Below are positions 12,660 to 26,100 of a DNA stretch of 64,000 nt, in pieces; positions within the stretch are counted from its first letter, which is position 1; each line of letters opens with the position of its first letter. Below the pieces are notes generated by a model. It did no database searches. It was not told where the DNA came from and worked only from the letters and a program-made list of their open reading frames with translations. Made by a program: the position numbers and the translations under genes. Source of the DNA: Camelus dromedarius (taxonomy: Eukaryota); NCBI RefSeq assembly GCF_036321535.1, contig NC_087437.1, positions 21,206,001-21,270,000 of the forward strand. The letters are read 5' to 3'.

Positions 12660-13360
12660 ACTTTTTAAATTGTGAAAAAAACACACATACCTAAAAATGA
12701 ACAAAGCATAGAATGTGAGTTTAATGAATTATTATAAAGTGAAAATCCATCTAATTACTACCTCCCAGCTCAAGAAATAGCTCATCATCATAAATCAGCT
12801 TCAAGGAATATTTGTACAACATGGGGAAGAGAGCCAATATTTTATAATAACTATAAATGGAACATATATTTAAAAATTGCGAATCACTAAGTTGTACACC
12901 TGAAGCATATAGTATTGTATATCTCAACTATATCTCAATAAAAGAAGAGAGAAATAGCTCATCCTCAGTACCCAGAAGCCCCCTCATGCCCCTTCCCAAT
13001 AACCCTGTCTTCTACCAGAGGTAACTACTATCCTGACTTTTATGGAAATCACTCCTTTGTTTTTCCTAATGGTGTATTGCCCGATAGGCATTCCTAAACA
13101 CTATAGTTACATTTCACCGGTTATTGAAGTTTATATAAATGGGGTCATAAGATATGTATCCTTCTGGGTCAGGCTTCTTTCACCCAACATTATGTTTGTG
13201 AGAGCCACCCATGTTCTGTGTGAATGGATTTGTTCTTTTTCATTGCTATATAGTATTCTGTTGCATGAATATACCACAATTTGTTTATCTACTCTATTGT
13301 GAATAGACATGGTGATTCTTCCACCTTGGGGCTATGATGAATAATACTGTGAAGATCCCT
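12660..13360 (-). mobile_element. Old L1 (L1ME-like) 3' UTR fragment, interrupted by a younger L1
   Basis: GAGGTAACTACTATCCTGACTTT...TAGTATTCTGTTGCATGAATATACCACAATTTGTTTAT...GCTATGATGAATAA. Confidence 0.75.
12791..12949 (+). mobile_element. Short L1 3' end with 14-bp TSD
   Basis: GAATCACTAAGTTGTACACCTGAA...CAACTATATCTCAATAAAA; AGAAATAGCTCATC at 12773-12786 and 12950-12963. Confidence 0.8.
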
Positions 13361-16195
13361 AGTTTATTGAGTCCAGGGGTCTTTTTCACTAATCCACAGG
13401 TGTCTTCTATCTCTCCACTGTCCAGAAATACTTTCTCCCCAACACATACCTCCCCACTCCTACCACATCGTCTGCTGTTTAGCTTGGAAATGTCAAAGCA
13501 TTACCGTACAAGCTGGGAACCAAAAGCTATTGCAGAAATAAGAGGTCAAAGACTTTCCGGAGGCCTCCCTTCCTTTCTGCTTCAGATTGGACTTCTGATA
13601 ACAAAGCAACAACAACAAAAAATACTTACAAGCATGAAAAGAATTCCTATTCATTTCCTCCAGGTCTTGGGGGAAAATAGGGGAGAAAGCGCTGAGCATG
13701 TTAGTACTGCTGGTGGGGCTGCACCCAGGTTCACAAAAACCTCAAGCAGGGTTGTGGGGACCCACTTCTGCACAAGAGGAGGGGAAAGGGCTGGGCTACT
13801 CCCATGCAGGGCCTGATCCACAGCCAGTTTTCGAATAATTTGGGGGTTGGGGGGATAGGAGGACAGTGAGACCAGCAGCAAAGGGGCTCATTCTAGGAAG
13901 CTGGCCAGGCTGGCCGGGCCATCAGTTCACTCTATCAACTTGGCTCAGAGAAGGTGGGCCTGGATGAGCTGGAGAGAGTGTCTACTCTCCTGCAGATGCT
14001 AAGAGGAGAGGGAGTGTATCTGATCCAACAGGCTTCTCATTGGGGAGATGAAACATGGGGGGGGGGGGGCTTAAAGTAGTTTATGGATGACAAGGCTTTA
14101 AGCAGAGTAAGTCTTTCCTACAGGGCCTGAACCGACCCACGAAGCTCCCTCCTCAGCTCAAAGTTTCCTGGATCACCTGACAGAGAAACCATCCAACTGC
14201 TGTTGTTTATTTTAAATTTTCATTGTTTCAGTACGCCAGACTTAAATTTTTTTTCGACAGTCCACTGCTGGCAGAAACGTAATTGGTACCATCTTTCTAG
14301 AGGGCTTTTGGTAATGAGAATCAGAAGGCTGAAAAGTATGCTTTCCCTTTGACCTGACAGTTCTGCTTCTAGGAAGCCATTCTAAGGGAATAATCAGAAA
14401 TAGACACAAGAATATTCATCACAATATTGCTTATAATATGGAAAAACTGGAGTCAACCCAGACAGCCACAATAAGGAACTAGTTAAAATAAAAAATCTCT
14501 GTACATCCTTATAGGAATGTTATCAAAGAATGTTTAATAGCTTGAAATGATGTTAACTCACATTATAATGTATCATCCCCAAAGGGGAAAAAGACTGAAA
14601 GGAGATGTATTTTCATAGAAACATATCTGTGGATTCATATATAATTACAGAATCAGTATATACTACATGTAATATTTTAAAATATTAATTTTTTATTGCA
14701 AAATTAATACATCCTCATAGAAAAAAATTCAAAGATTTTTATTCAGGACCACTCCTTGGAGACAACTGCTGTCAACAGTTTGGTCTGTTTCCATCCAGAC
14801 CTATTTATATTTTCAAGCACTTTACAATGTACAAAACAAACATCTTTTAATTCTCACAGTAACCCCAGGGGTATAGTATTTTTATTTTCCCGAGTTTTAC
14901 AGCTCAAGAAACAGACTCAGAAAGGTTAGATCTGGAACACTGTCATTTTCTGGAATATAAAATGGACATCAACATAAAAAGCCATATCCTTGGCTGGTTC
15001 TAGACCACTTTGTATTGTCAGTTCTTGGGCCCTTGGGAGATTAGATTTGGAACAGGTGTTGGCCTTCAACCCCTTCACAGCTTCCTTTGCTCCATCTGGA
15101 GAGGCGGCCCTCCAGCCATTGCTTGCTCATGCTCAGTGATAGGGTGAAGGACAGCCTCCTTCACTTCATGGGGCTGAGACCTGCCCTCTGCAACTTGAAT
15201 TCCTTGGCCTCAGTTTCTCTTCAAATGTCCAAGTCCTACTGGTGAGTCCTGGCAAACCCAGCAAGCTACTTACCCAGAGAGCTGGAGGCAGCATTCTAGG
15301 GAGAAAATGCAGTCTTGATGAAGGAAGAAGTTGCTAGATCGAAGGTTGGACCAAGGGTCAGGTTTGAAAGCCAGCTTCCAAGCCCCAGATGAAAAATGAG
15401 TTAATGAACTGGGGGCTGAAAAAATTTAAAAAACTGTTCAGAAGTTGCCTGTGTGTTAAGGCAAGCATGCTGGTGCTGGACAGCATCCAACATCGAGCCC
15501 TGCATAAAACTGGGCTAGTCACTCTGGAACGATGCAGAAATTCGCCCGCTCTCCCACATAAGAGCAATCTAAGTATTTATACACCACCCCTCCTCCCATC
15601 ATGACTCACCTTAATCTTCTCTTCTAAACACCCCTGCAAGGATAAGATGTCCCTGCAAGGATCAGATGTCCTTTCCCATCCAGTTAATATTTCTGGATGT
15701 ATGGTGCATTGAATCTTTTCCTTGTCAATTTGGCTTTAATTAGCCATGTAAACAAGTCACTGGAAGCAAGTTCTATCCTGTAATTTGTTCATTGTGGGTA
15801 GGGCACAAGGGATTTTACCTGCATTAATAAAGGATAGTAGGTTCCTGGGCATTTGTTGTACTATTTTTTATATCTTTGTGTTGTATTAAACATCTCACTG
15901 AAAAGGTCTCCAGTCTCCTTAAAGGATGTGGGAGCTCAATTTTTACACACAATCTACCATGCTAGCTAAGTGGCAGCCTGGTAAATGCCTGTCTTCTTTG
16001 GGGCTACAAAGGGATACACTGTAAAGGCTGAATGGTCTCTACCTCTAAGGAAAGCAGACTTTTTAATGAAATATCTGGTTGACTTTTAGCTCTTGTTCTT
16101 TCCTTGAGCTTCCTCCTGATTTAGTGGAACCAGAAGGAGGTTAATTGATTATACCAAATCGTAAAGTGAAGTACTTGATGCTGTCTTTTCCCTTC

Positions 16196-16311
16196 TACAT
16201 ACACACACACGCACACACATGCATGCACGCGCACACACACATACACACGTACAAACATCTGCCAAATGGGCAGTATCCAAATGAGATTCAGTGACACACA
16301 CACACACGCAT

Positions 16312-16358
<47 letters not shown>

Positions 16359-16402
16359 CAAACATCTGCCAAATGGGCAGTATCCAAATGAGATTCAGTG
16401 AC
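16196..16402. repeat. CA-rich microsatellites with a tandemly duplicated 47-bp unique segment
   Basis: Identical 47-mers at 16249-16295 and 16356-16402, each preceded by a CA tract. Confidence 0.95.
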
Positions 16403-16499
16403 TCAGGGTGATGATTTGGCAAGACTGGTAGAAAATTCCAAGTTATATTCCTTTTATAAATGAGAAAACAAGAAGTATGAGATCTAATGATGTCTAATT

Positions 16500-16642
16500 A
16501 AAAAAATTTTGTTTTTTTTTAGGGGGGAGATAATTAGGTTTGTTTGTCTGTTTGTTTGTTTACTTAATGACAGTACTGGGGATTGAACCCTGAACCTCGT
16601 GCATGCTAAGCATGAGCTCTACCACTGAGCTATACCCTCCCC
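16500..16642 (-). mobile_element. tRNA-Ala-derived SINE with ~15-bp TSD
   Basis: Same head sequence; TAATGATGTCTAATT (16485-16499) versus TAATGATGTCTGATT (16643-16657). Confidence 0.92.
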
Positions 16643-17657
16643 TAATGATGTCTGATTTAAATATTCTAGTCTATTTCTGATCCAAAACACCCTGCAGATA
16701 AAAATGGCCATCAACCTAGCTATTTGGTGTCTTGAAGATCAAAAATCCCCTGAATAGCTGCTTGATTGAAGTCACTCTTTTCATCTTTATATTCAAGATA
16801 TAGGCTAAAAAAATAGATGCTAGTAACAGAATATTGTTAAAGTTATAAAATACATCTTTCAAATCATTCATTCATTTGTTCACTCATTCAGTCCTGAAAG
16901 ATATGGGGCCAGCTATGCACAGATCTAGGAAAGAGCATTTCAGAGAGCAGAAACAGCAAAACCAAAGGGTCTAAGTGTAATTGCATTTGGAAGTTCCTGA
17001 GAAAGCAAGGGACCAGCGAATCTATAACATGGGAAGGTGAGGGGAAGAGAGGTAAGAGATGAGGTCATACGAGTGGGCAGTTGAATACAGGTCAGGGGAG
17101 AGGTCCAGGCTGGAGGTATGAATTTGGAAGTCAGTAGCAAACGGATGGTATTTAAGGCCTTGAGATTGGGTGTGACATCTACTGAGTATGGCTAGAGCTT
17201 GGGGAAATGTCAGTCTTCAGCGATTTGGAATGATGAGGCTAAAGAGGAATGGGCAGAAAAGTGGAAGAAGAACTAAGAACGGAGTCTAGAAGGCAGACAA
17301 AGAACGTATGACAGCAAGGAGAGAGGGATCCTGTGTGTCCTATGCTCCTGAGAAAGTTTAGTGAGAATGAGGACTAAGAAATGCCCAGTGGATTTGGGAG
17401 CATAAGGGCCCTGGGGACATTGACAAGAGCTCTTTCTGTGGAGCCAAGGAGATAAAAGCATGTCTGGAGTGGATGCAAGGGAAGAGAAGTGAAGACAGAA
17501 AGTGTAGAAAACTCAAGTTTTGCTTTAAAGGGAGCAAAGAAAGGGGGCAGTAGCTGGGGTTCAGAACATTTCCCTCTTTTTTTTTAAATGGGAGAAATTG
17601 CAGCATGCTTGCCTATTGATGGGAAGCATCCAAGAAAGAGGGAAAAACTGGTGATGG

Positions 17658-18640
17658 TGCATATACCCAAGAGAAATGGGGGTTTATATCTACAAAAGAC
17701 GCATACAAGAATGTTCATAGCCACTTTGTTCATAATAGCCAGAAACTGGAAACAACTCAAATATTTACCAGTAGTTTTCTGGCTACTAATTGTTGTGTAA
17801 CAAACAATTCCAAAACTTAGAGGCTTAAAACAACATGTCAGCATTATTATATCGTATGGTTCTGAGGGTCAGGAAACCAGACAAGGCACAGCAGAGACAG
17901 CTCATCTCTGCTCTATGATCTCTGGGACCTTGGTAGGATGACTTGAACGTGTGGGGACTGGCAAGGAAACTCTCTTTTTCTACCCCTAGCCTCTTGGAAG
18001 CTTGGGCTTCCGTGCAGCGTGGCTCCTTCCAAATATTCAGTCCTCTTATAGTGGTTCTGGGCTCCAAGAAGAAGGAAACAGAAACTACCTAGCCTCTTAA
18101 AAGCTAGACCTGGAACCATCTTAGACCCACCTCCACCATAGTCTACTGGTCAAAGCAGTCACAGGACAGCCCAATTCAAGGGGACATGGATCCCACTCTT
18201 AATGGGAGGAATGTCAAAGAATTTTCAGCCATCTTATATCTGCCACCGCCAGTAAAACAGAAAATAAATTGTTGTATATTCATACAATGGAACACTGCAG
18301 TGCTGTACAAAAGGTGAATCATTGCTACTTGCAGTGAGTGAATCTTGCAGACATGATGTTAAATGAAATGTGAGGCACAAAAGAATACATCCTAATAATC
18401 CATTTCTATGAAATTTTATCTGCATAATCAATCTAGGCTGGTAGAGGTCAGAATGGTGGATACCCTTGAGAAGGTATTTACTTGGATGAAGCATGGGGGG
18501 GTCTTCAGGAGTGCTGGAAATGTTCTTTGTCTTGATCTGGATGGTAATAACACAGGTATATACATATGCAAAAATTCACCAACTATCATACTTATGATTG
18601 GTGTTCTTTGCTGTACTTAAAGTAGATTTTTTTAAAATCT
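17658..18640 (+). mobile_element. Old L1 (L1MD/ME-like) 3' UTR split by an MLT1 LTR
   Basis: ATATACCCAAGAGAAATG...AAGAATGTTCATAGC...CTGGAAACAAC before the LTR; ATAAATTGTTGTATATTCATACAATGGAA...TCTTGATCTGG after it. Confidence 0.8.
17774..18248 (-). mobile_element. MLT1 (MaLR) LTR
   Basis: GTGTAACAAACAATTCCAAAACTTAGAGGCTTAAAACAAC...GGTCAAAGCAGTCACA...GAGGAATGTCAAAGAATTT; CCAGTA on both sides. Confidence 0.8.
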
Positions 18641-19390
18641 AAAAGAAAACAAAAATGATGCAGGAAAAGTGGGCTGTGCTGGGAGGTTGTGTAAGAGGTA
18701 AGAAGGGTTGGGATGAGTGCACAGGTTGGTTGGTGTGGTGGTGGGAAGGCACGGAATTGCTCTTCGGATTGTTGCTATCTTCTCATTGGAAACAGGTAGC
18801 CCGTCAGCACTGATACAGGGGAGAGGGAGGAGAGGTGGAGGGTTGAAAAGAAGAACAATTGAGAAAGAGCAGTGTCGGATGGACATGTGGGAAGATTCCC
18901 AGCAGTACTAAATGCCCAGCTGAAGTATCTGGTCATTCATTAAAGTGAGGCAACTCATCATGGTTCTGTGGACTCCACTCCAGTGGAGCTTGGCTCAGAG
19001 GCAGGGACAAGGGAGCTAAGGGTCTATAGAAGGGAATAAAAGCCAGAGAATGAGGAGGAAACTGGGGGTGACAAATCGTTAGAGTTTTAATATTAGAAGA
19101 AGGGAGCTGAAAATATAGCAAGTGAAGAGAGGAGGAAGATTGAAATGAAGGTTATGGAGGAGGCAGAGCTGATGGTAATAACAACATCCAAACACGAGTG
19201 GGTGGCTGAGGTTGTGTATCGGTCAGACCAGATGCTGTAACAAATGACCCTGGGCTTAGGGGCTTGGCACACAAGGTTTACTTATTGCTCACACCACAGC
19301 CCTATGCTTATTGATGGGGTGGGGGTGAAAGCTGGCTCCCTGAAGTCATTTCCAGTCTTAAGGTCTTTCCATGCAGCTCAGACTTTAGGG

Positions 19391-19816
19391 CCACAATTTG
19401 CAGTACTGTGCACTTGAAATGTGACTTGTGCAACTCAGAAACTGAATTTATTTATGCTTCATTCATTTAAAAATTGGAAAGAATATTTGGAATGACTTCA
19501 GTATGTGCATCTGCTTTATGAAATTATAAATAGAGCGTCTTTTTTTAATGGGAACTTAGCATCTGAATTGATTTGTGCTGCAAGTGTAAATTACACATCA
19601 GATCTCAAAGACTTCATATGAAAAAAGAATACGAAATACCTCTTTAATAATTTTTATATTGACTACATGTTGAAATGATAATGGTTTTGATATATTGGGT
19701 TAAATAAGATCTATTATTGAAATCAATTTCACCTGTTTCTTTTTCTTTTTTAAAGCAATTACTAGAGAATTTTAAATCACATGTGGCTCACATTACATTT
19801 CTGCTGAACAGTGGTG
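19391..19816. mobile_element. Charlie1/MER33-like hAT DNA transposon derivative
   Basis: GCACTTGAAATGTG...GACTACATGTTGAAATGATAAT...TTTCACCTGTTTCTTTT...CATGTGGCTCACATTA; 8-bp flanks CTTTAGGG / TTTTAGCG. Confidence 0.8.
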
Positions 19817-22800
19817 TTTTAGCGCCTCAGAAACCTCCATCAGATGCTCTCCACCTGGCCGGCAGACACAGCAAGACCAAGCAGAGGGCTGCTCAGGGGC
19901 TTTCCATATTCCTTTGTGCAGAATTCAGTCATGATGCCACATCTAGCTACAAAGGAGGAGGGGAAGTGCCATCCACCCAGGAAAAAGAGGAAACAGATTT
20001 GAGGAGTCACAAGCCGGCCTCTGGCACAGATAGGGTGAATGAACAAGACCACTGAAAAGAGAAGGTCGAGGTGCTGGCAGACAGGTGTTGGCAAGCTGGT
20101 CCATGTGGGTTTTGAAATGACCATGAATTTGGAAAAAAATGACAGAGAACAAAAATCTTCAAGACCCCCAGGGTCTACAGTTGACTCAACCAAGAGGAAT
20201 ATTTAGCAACAGAGTCTGATAATGTGCTTCTAAGCTAAAAGCTTTTGAGGAGAGTGGGATCATGACCTTGAAGCAGCAATCAGGAGAAGTGAAGGCACCT
20301 GTCTTGCCCCCAGGCCCAAGGCTCCAAGCAGTGGAGGTGAGAGAAAAAACCCCTCCTGAGAGTGTTTCTGGGGAAGCACTGTCTTTATCAGAGACTAGGG
20401 TTCACTGTGTGACCATAGCCAAATTATTTAACCATCCTGTTTGAGGTTTCCTTATCTTAAAATAGGGATAATAATGATATTTATCTCACAGTGTTGCTGT
20501 ATTAAATGCTAAAATACCTATAAAATATTTAGCATGTAGAAATGACTATATAAAAATCATTTCCTAAAATCACACTGGTTTCTCTTTTGTTTATATCTTC
20601 TTCCTTTGTGTGTTTACTTTCCTTTGTGTGCCTTCATCTGGCCTTGCTCTCAGATAAATGAAAGCAATCTGTTAGTTGTGCCCTTGTTCTAGGACCCAAT
20701 TCACTAGCAAAACTCACTGGTTCCATGAACATTTATGTTGCCCTTTCAGAAGAAAGGATCAGCTTTGGCGTGATGTGGAATTGATTTAATCTTAGACTAT
20801 AGTTGGAGAAAGGAGCACACATTTCTTCTATAAATAGGATAAAAATCTCATTTCCAAAAGGAAAAAGCTTTGTGTGGGAAGAGGGAAGTCTTGAGAGGAG
20901 GGTGTGGCTACTTTTGAGATCACAGTTGATGAAACTGCAGAGTTTTTTCCTATTGCCTAATAAGGACTTCTATATAAATGGCAAAAAGAGGAGAGATGTT
21001 GGGGCAGTCCTTCCAATGTTCCATTTTTCTCACACCATTTTCAGAGCAGTGCCCAGAGAAACAATAGCTTCCGTTAAGGTCATCTATAATGAGATATCTA
21101 AGCAGAACTTTCTGGGCAGAAGAATGAAATCTGTGCTCTGTATTACCGCTTACTTTCCAGAGGGGACACCCCGCAAATCATTCTTCAAACCTCACACCAT
21201 AAACTAAGGAGTTCTTTTAAACAGTCCTTTAAAATGTGAGTCTGAGAGGGAACAGCTGCTAGTCAAAGTTCAGCCTAGGAAAAGAGGTAAGTGATTCTTC
21301 CTTCCCCATGGCTAGATAAGAACCCAAGCCCAGCCTATCAGTTAGAAAGCTTCCACCTGTGCATAATTAAAAAAAAAATCCCTAATAAGTGACTTGTTCT
21401 AGGAGAGGGGAATCCTGACCCTTTGTGATGGTTTTCTGAGTTTCCATCCACCAAGTCTGGCATGCCAAGGCACTCTGCCAACCTGCCCACCCACCCTCAC
21501 CATTCTGTACCAGAAAGTCACAGGCAAGTCCCGATTTTAAAAAATCAGAACTGAATCCAGAAGTTCCAGGCACTTCCAGAACCCGAAACATTTTTAACTT
21601 AACTTTTCACAAGTTTCATTTACTTGGGGCTTCACAGCAAATTCCTTGGGTTCTCATCACAGCCCCTAGGAAGGCATCCTCATGCTTATGTTACAGATGA
21701 GAGACTTGAATCTCGGAGAGGTTGTGGTTTTCCTAAGGTCACATGGAGATAAGAGGGGAGCAGAGGCTGGGCCAGATCGGCCCCCTGATGACAAGTCCCT
21801 TGTTCTTGCACAATGCCCATTCTCTGTGATTAAAAACTAAACTAAACCAAAATGAAATTAAGTACGACTTCCTCCTGTAGCTAATTTTATCACAGAGTCA
21901 CTGTGACTGACCAGTGATTCAGAGTACATGGTACCATTTTCTGTACTAGATCCCAGCCAGAGCCAGCAGGGGCTCCTCAGTCCTCCGAGTTATTCTTGGT
22001 GTCTGAAATCTTAGGCATTACAGGATCCTGTATGAAACTGTCTGCCCTCTCCAGCTGGTGCCTTCAGCTTCCTACAGTAAGCTCTTTCCCAGATTTTAGG
22101 GCCTCATTCCAACCCCATCTCTCTCAGTGAAAGTCCCCTGACCTCTAAAGAATCCCTCTTATGAATCTCAGTTATATTGATGGTTTGATAGCTAACATTT
22201 ATTGTCCCATCATCTGATCTCATAAGTATATGCTAACTGAATGAATATTCCCAAGTGGACTGTAAATCACTGGAAGTGTGTAAGCAGTTTTTTATTTCAC
22301 CAACACGACGTGTCACTTTGAAGGGGATGTGATTGATAAATTGACTGATTTTTCCCAATGATGTTTGCCGTCTACATTCCAGAAATAAACCCATCACCCC
22401 TGGCTCAGGAGCAAGAGCTGATGGAAACTGGCCATTTTGGTACATCTGATAAATGATGGTGATGCTTGGTCCCATCAAGTGATTCCTTCTGAGAACTAAT
22501 GGTGCCTATAAACTTCCCTTCTTTGGGTTGTTGTACAAAGGGACAAAACAGATCCCTCTTATTCTCAGTGATGCACTGTGAACCTCTCAGGAAAATGGAG
22601 ACCTGTGGCTATATCCTGGCTATCTGTCCCATTTTTCTCCCTTCTGACCTTTCCATTGACTTACTGAGTCCAAGGACTTGGGTTTCTTTGCTTCTGTTTC
22701 CCCTACATGAAGGATCCTGCTAGAATCAATCATTTCATTAGGGATTGCATTAGACACAATTAGAACATTGAAAAGAGGAATACAATTGTTGATTGAAACA

Positions 22801-22992
22801 CATCAACTCTCAGAGAATTCAGAAGCCCATAAGGACAAGTGAAATCCAGGGAAAAACTCATTTGTCACATTTAAACCAACTCTGTACTTTGGAAGTGGAT
22901 AACTAAGAAGAAAGAATTAAGAATTTATCCTGCCTTGCTGGTAGCAACTCTACGGCAGAAACCAAATGGCTCCATTAAGAATGCAAAGCTCT

Positions 22993-23125
22993 GGGGGAGG
23001 GTATAGCTCAGTGATAGAGTACATGCCTACCATGCATGAGGTCCTGGGTTCAGTCCTCAGTACCTCCATTAAAAGTAAATAAATAAGCCCAATTATCTCT
23101 CCCTCCCCCCAAAACCCATACAAAC
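22993..23125 (+). mobile_element. tRNA-Ala-derived SINE
   Basis: GGGGGAGGGTATAGCTCAGTGATAGAG...GGTTCAGTCC, (TAAA)n linker and C-rich 3' segment; degenerate TSD ending AAGCTCT. Confidence 0.92.
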
Positions 23126-26100
23126 AAGGAAGGGGAAGCTCTACAGAAGAGCCATTTTATAATCCCTAATGAAATTATTGATTCAAGCAAGGATTATCAA
23201 TTGGTCTAAAACCTCTGTGGATGGGTAATGGTTATTCATATGGTATCAGAGTGATAACATTTGGGTTACTTTCTGGTCACGAGATAAAAACATGACTATG
23301 TATCAGAGGGATCAGGCTGTTCTCACCTGAACCTTGTGGTCCTCCATCCCATTAGCATGACTAATGGTGACATAACCAACTGTGTGTCTTCCCATGTGAT
23401 ACAATACGAAGTACACAATATCATGTATATGTATTCTAGCCAAAATGTTTAACTTCAATCTAACCGAATGTTTACATCTAACTTATTTACTGAAATGTGG
23501 GGGATATAGGGACATGCTGAACAACAGCATGGGGAAACAAACAAGTCTAAAAGGTGTCCTAAAAAGGACAACTGGCCTGGGCTCTTCAACAGATCACTGG
23601 AATAAGAAAAGGGACTCTTCTAGGTTAAAAGACAGTTTAAAAACATAACACTTACATGGTATAGGTGGCTCTGGATTGGTTCATGGTTTGTACAAACCAT
23701 CTCTAAAGGACATTTTGGGCGAAATGAAGAAATTCGAATATGTATTAAGTATTAGATTAATATTAAGAAATCATCATTACTTTTTTTAGATGTGAAATGT
23801 TATTTTTGGCTATAGAGGAAGGTGTTCTTATTCTTTAGAAATGCATGTTGAACTATTTAAGGCTGTATCAGGAGCTGAGAACAACAGAATTTTGTTTCTT
23901 ACTCATACCATATCCTTCTTCCAGGTCAGCTGCCTCTCTCGTGTCCTCTTCAGTCTGGTCTGTGGACCAAAAGAGCAGCCCTATCTAAGACTTCGCTGGT
24001 CTTTTTTGTCAAAGAGAAAGGAAGATGATGCAACCACACTGTGACTCCTAAAATGTAGACTTCACTTCTGCTCATATTTGATTGGCTAAAGTATGAGTCG
24101 CATGGCCAAGTCTAGCAACAATGGGGTAAGGAAGTATAATTCTCCCACAGGCTGGGGCAGTAGAGCTTTTCAGAAACCAGTGACAATGGGAACAAATCAT
24201 CTCAACTCTGAGTCATAACAAAGTAGCTTCTCAGGGAGCAAATTATGATGTTAAAACCAGATGTTAGAAAGCTAGAAAGCTTGAAAATAAGTGAACTTAG
24301 CATTCAGCTCTAGAAACTAGAAGACAAAAAATAAACCAAAGAAGGCAGAAGGAAGGAATCAATAAAGATAAAATAGATAATATGAAATAGAAACCCCAAA
24401 ACAATAGATTTAAATTCCATGTTCTGACCAGATCAAAACACAGAAAGCCTTTTGGCAAGTGTGATCCAGAAAAGAAAGAAAGCAAAAAGACACAGTAACA
24501 TGAGGAATGAAAACAAGACGCAGGGATTTCAATTTTTTTTTTAGGTACAGCTTTGTTCCAGTGACTGAAAAACCAGACCATGGGCAATGACTTTCTAGAG
24601 AAACATACATTTCCAAACTGGACTACATAAATAGAAAGCCTGAAATTGCTAATCATAACAGATAAAGGTCTACCTTGAAAAAAGAAAACAAATCCACGTG
24701 GCCTGTAAGGTTGAGTACTATGGACTTCTTTGAGGAGGAAATAAGCCCCATGTGCTACGAAATGTTCCATGGGTTAGTAAAAGGTGGAAATCTGCTCATA
24801 GCAGATTGCCACTTCTTAGCAAAATGTACTGTAGGACCAAGTTCTGGTCAATGAGATGAAAGAATGGTGAAGGGCAGAGGGTAGGTGCTTTTGGGAAAGG
24901 ATTTCTTCTCCAATAAAAAGGGATATGTGAGGAGTCCCTGCGCCCCCTTGCTGGTTAGGGACCTGTCCCTGTGGACCTGCTGCAGGCATCGTGAAACCCC
25001 GAGGGAACACACAGCGGACCCACTGAGAAAGAGATGGCAAGAACTTAGATTCTCTATGATGTTGAGTGCTGAGCCAACGCTGGGCCCTCCTCCATGAGAA
25101 AAATATACTCTTGTATCAACCACTTTTCTTTGTTTTTTTTTTTTGGTGAATGGCAGCTGAGAAATCCTAACTAAACTACGTGAGCTCTATCAGACTTTGA
25201 CCGCATAAGTACCCCAGGTAATATCGATGGTTTCAGAGGCCAGGAAAAAGTTCAAGAGCTTTACAGCTAATTTTGCATGTGTTGGTCTTGCATAATCCCA
25301 TTACTACAACTAGAAACTTTCCTGTACCATTTCTAAAGGGAATGTTGTCTTTTAAACTCTATACTGCAATTGGTCTATTGAAGCGTTTCAATGATAAAAT
25401 AGAGGAAGAAACCCCCGTCTTTAAGAAAGATGCTCCACATTCTTATCTGCAAAGTTGAACCACATTTCATTTTTTCCTGCCAAGATAACTTAGAGAAAAA
25501 GACAGAGTGTATCAATGTCTTTTTTTTCCTTTGGTTTTAAACAGCGAGATGATTATAGTAATTGTTATGACTATGACTCTTAATCTTAAACTTTGGATCT
25601 CTCGTAAAAACTAAAATGGGATTCTTCGCTGGGTGGCTGTTACAGCTGGTTCAGATTTTATTGAAATGTTTGCGCTGGTTGTTGCCTTGTCACACTAAAA
25701 TAGTTAAGTTTCCCTCTGCTTGTGTTATGAGGTGTTAGGTGATTTTTTGTTTTTTTTTAAGCTCATCTTGTTTGTGTTTCTGTCAGCTGATGCAATTCAA
25801 TGTTAGCAAGTTAACTAGTTGTTTTCAGTGAGATTTAGAGCCTTCAATAAATTTAATAGCTCAGGTGGGGGACTTTCTGCTCATTAAAAAAATTAAAGCT
25901 CAGTAAAATATATGCCCCCAATGAAAATATGAACAGTCTTACACCTGTGGTAGGTGAGTGATTATGTGCCGAGGAGGCGTGAAATGGATGCAGATAACTC
26001 AGAAAGAGGAGTCAAGGTCAGACAAATGGAGTTACTGGAGAGAACAGAGGGCAATAACCTCCCTGTGAAGCTGGGAAGGAAACATAATTACCAGAAACTC

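Larger units (their letters stand above)
16862..20390 (-). mobile_element. Fragmented L2 LINE hosting nested insertions
   Basis: (CATT)n tail at ~16865 and purine-rich L2-like blocks at ~16900-17655, 18660-19210 and 20030-20390. Confidence 0.65.

Noticed and set aside
13334..13816. 160-aa ORF
   Set aside because: It begins in an L1 remnant and has no recognisable domain or splice context.
14057..14069. G13 homopolymer
   Set aside because: A simple run that is prone to sequencing error, with no supporting context.
16121..16387. Cys/Val-repeat ORFs with an internal repeat
   Set aside because: They are translations of the CA microsatellite and its 47-bp duplication.
24297..24770. 157-aa hydrophobic ORF
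   Set aside because: It is the antisense reading of an A-rich degenerate L1-like segment.
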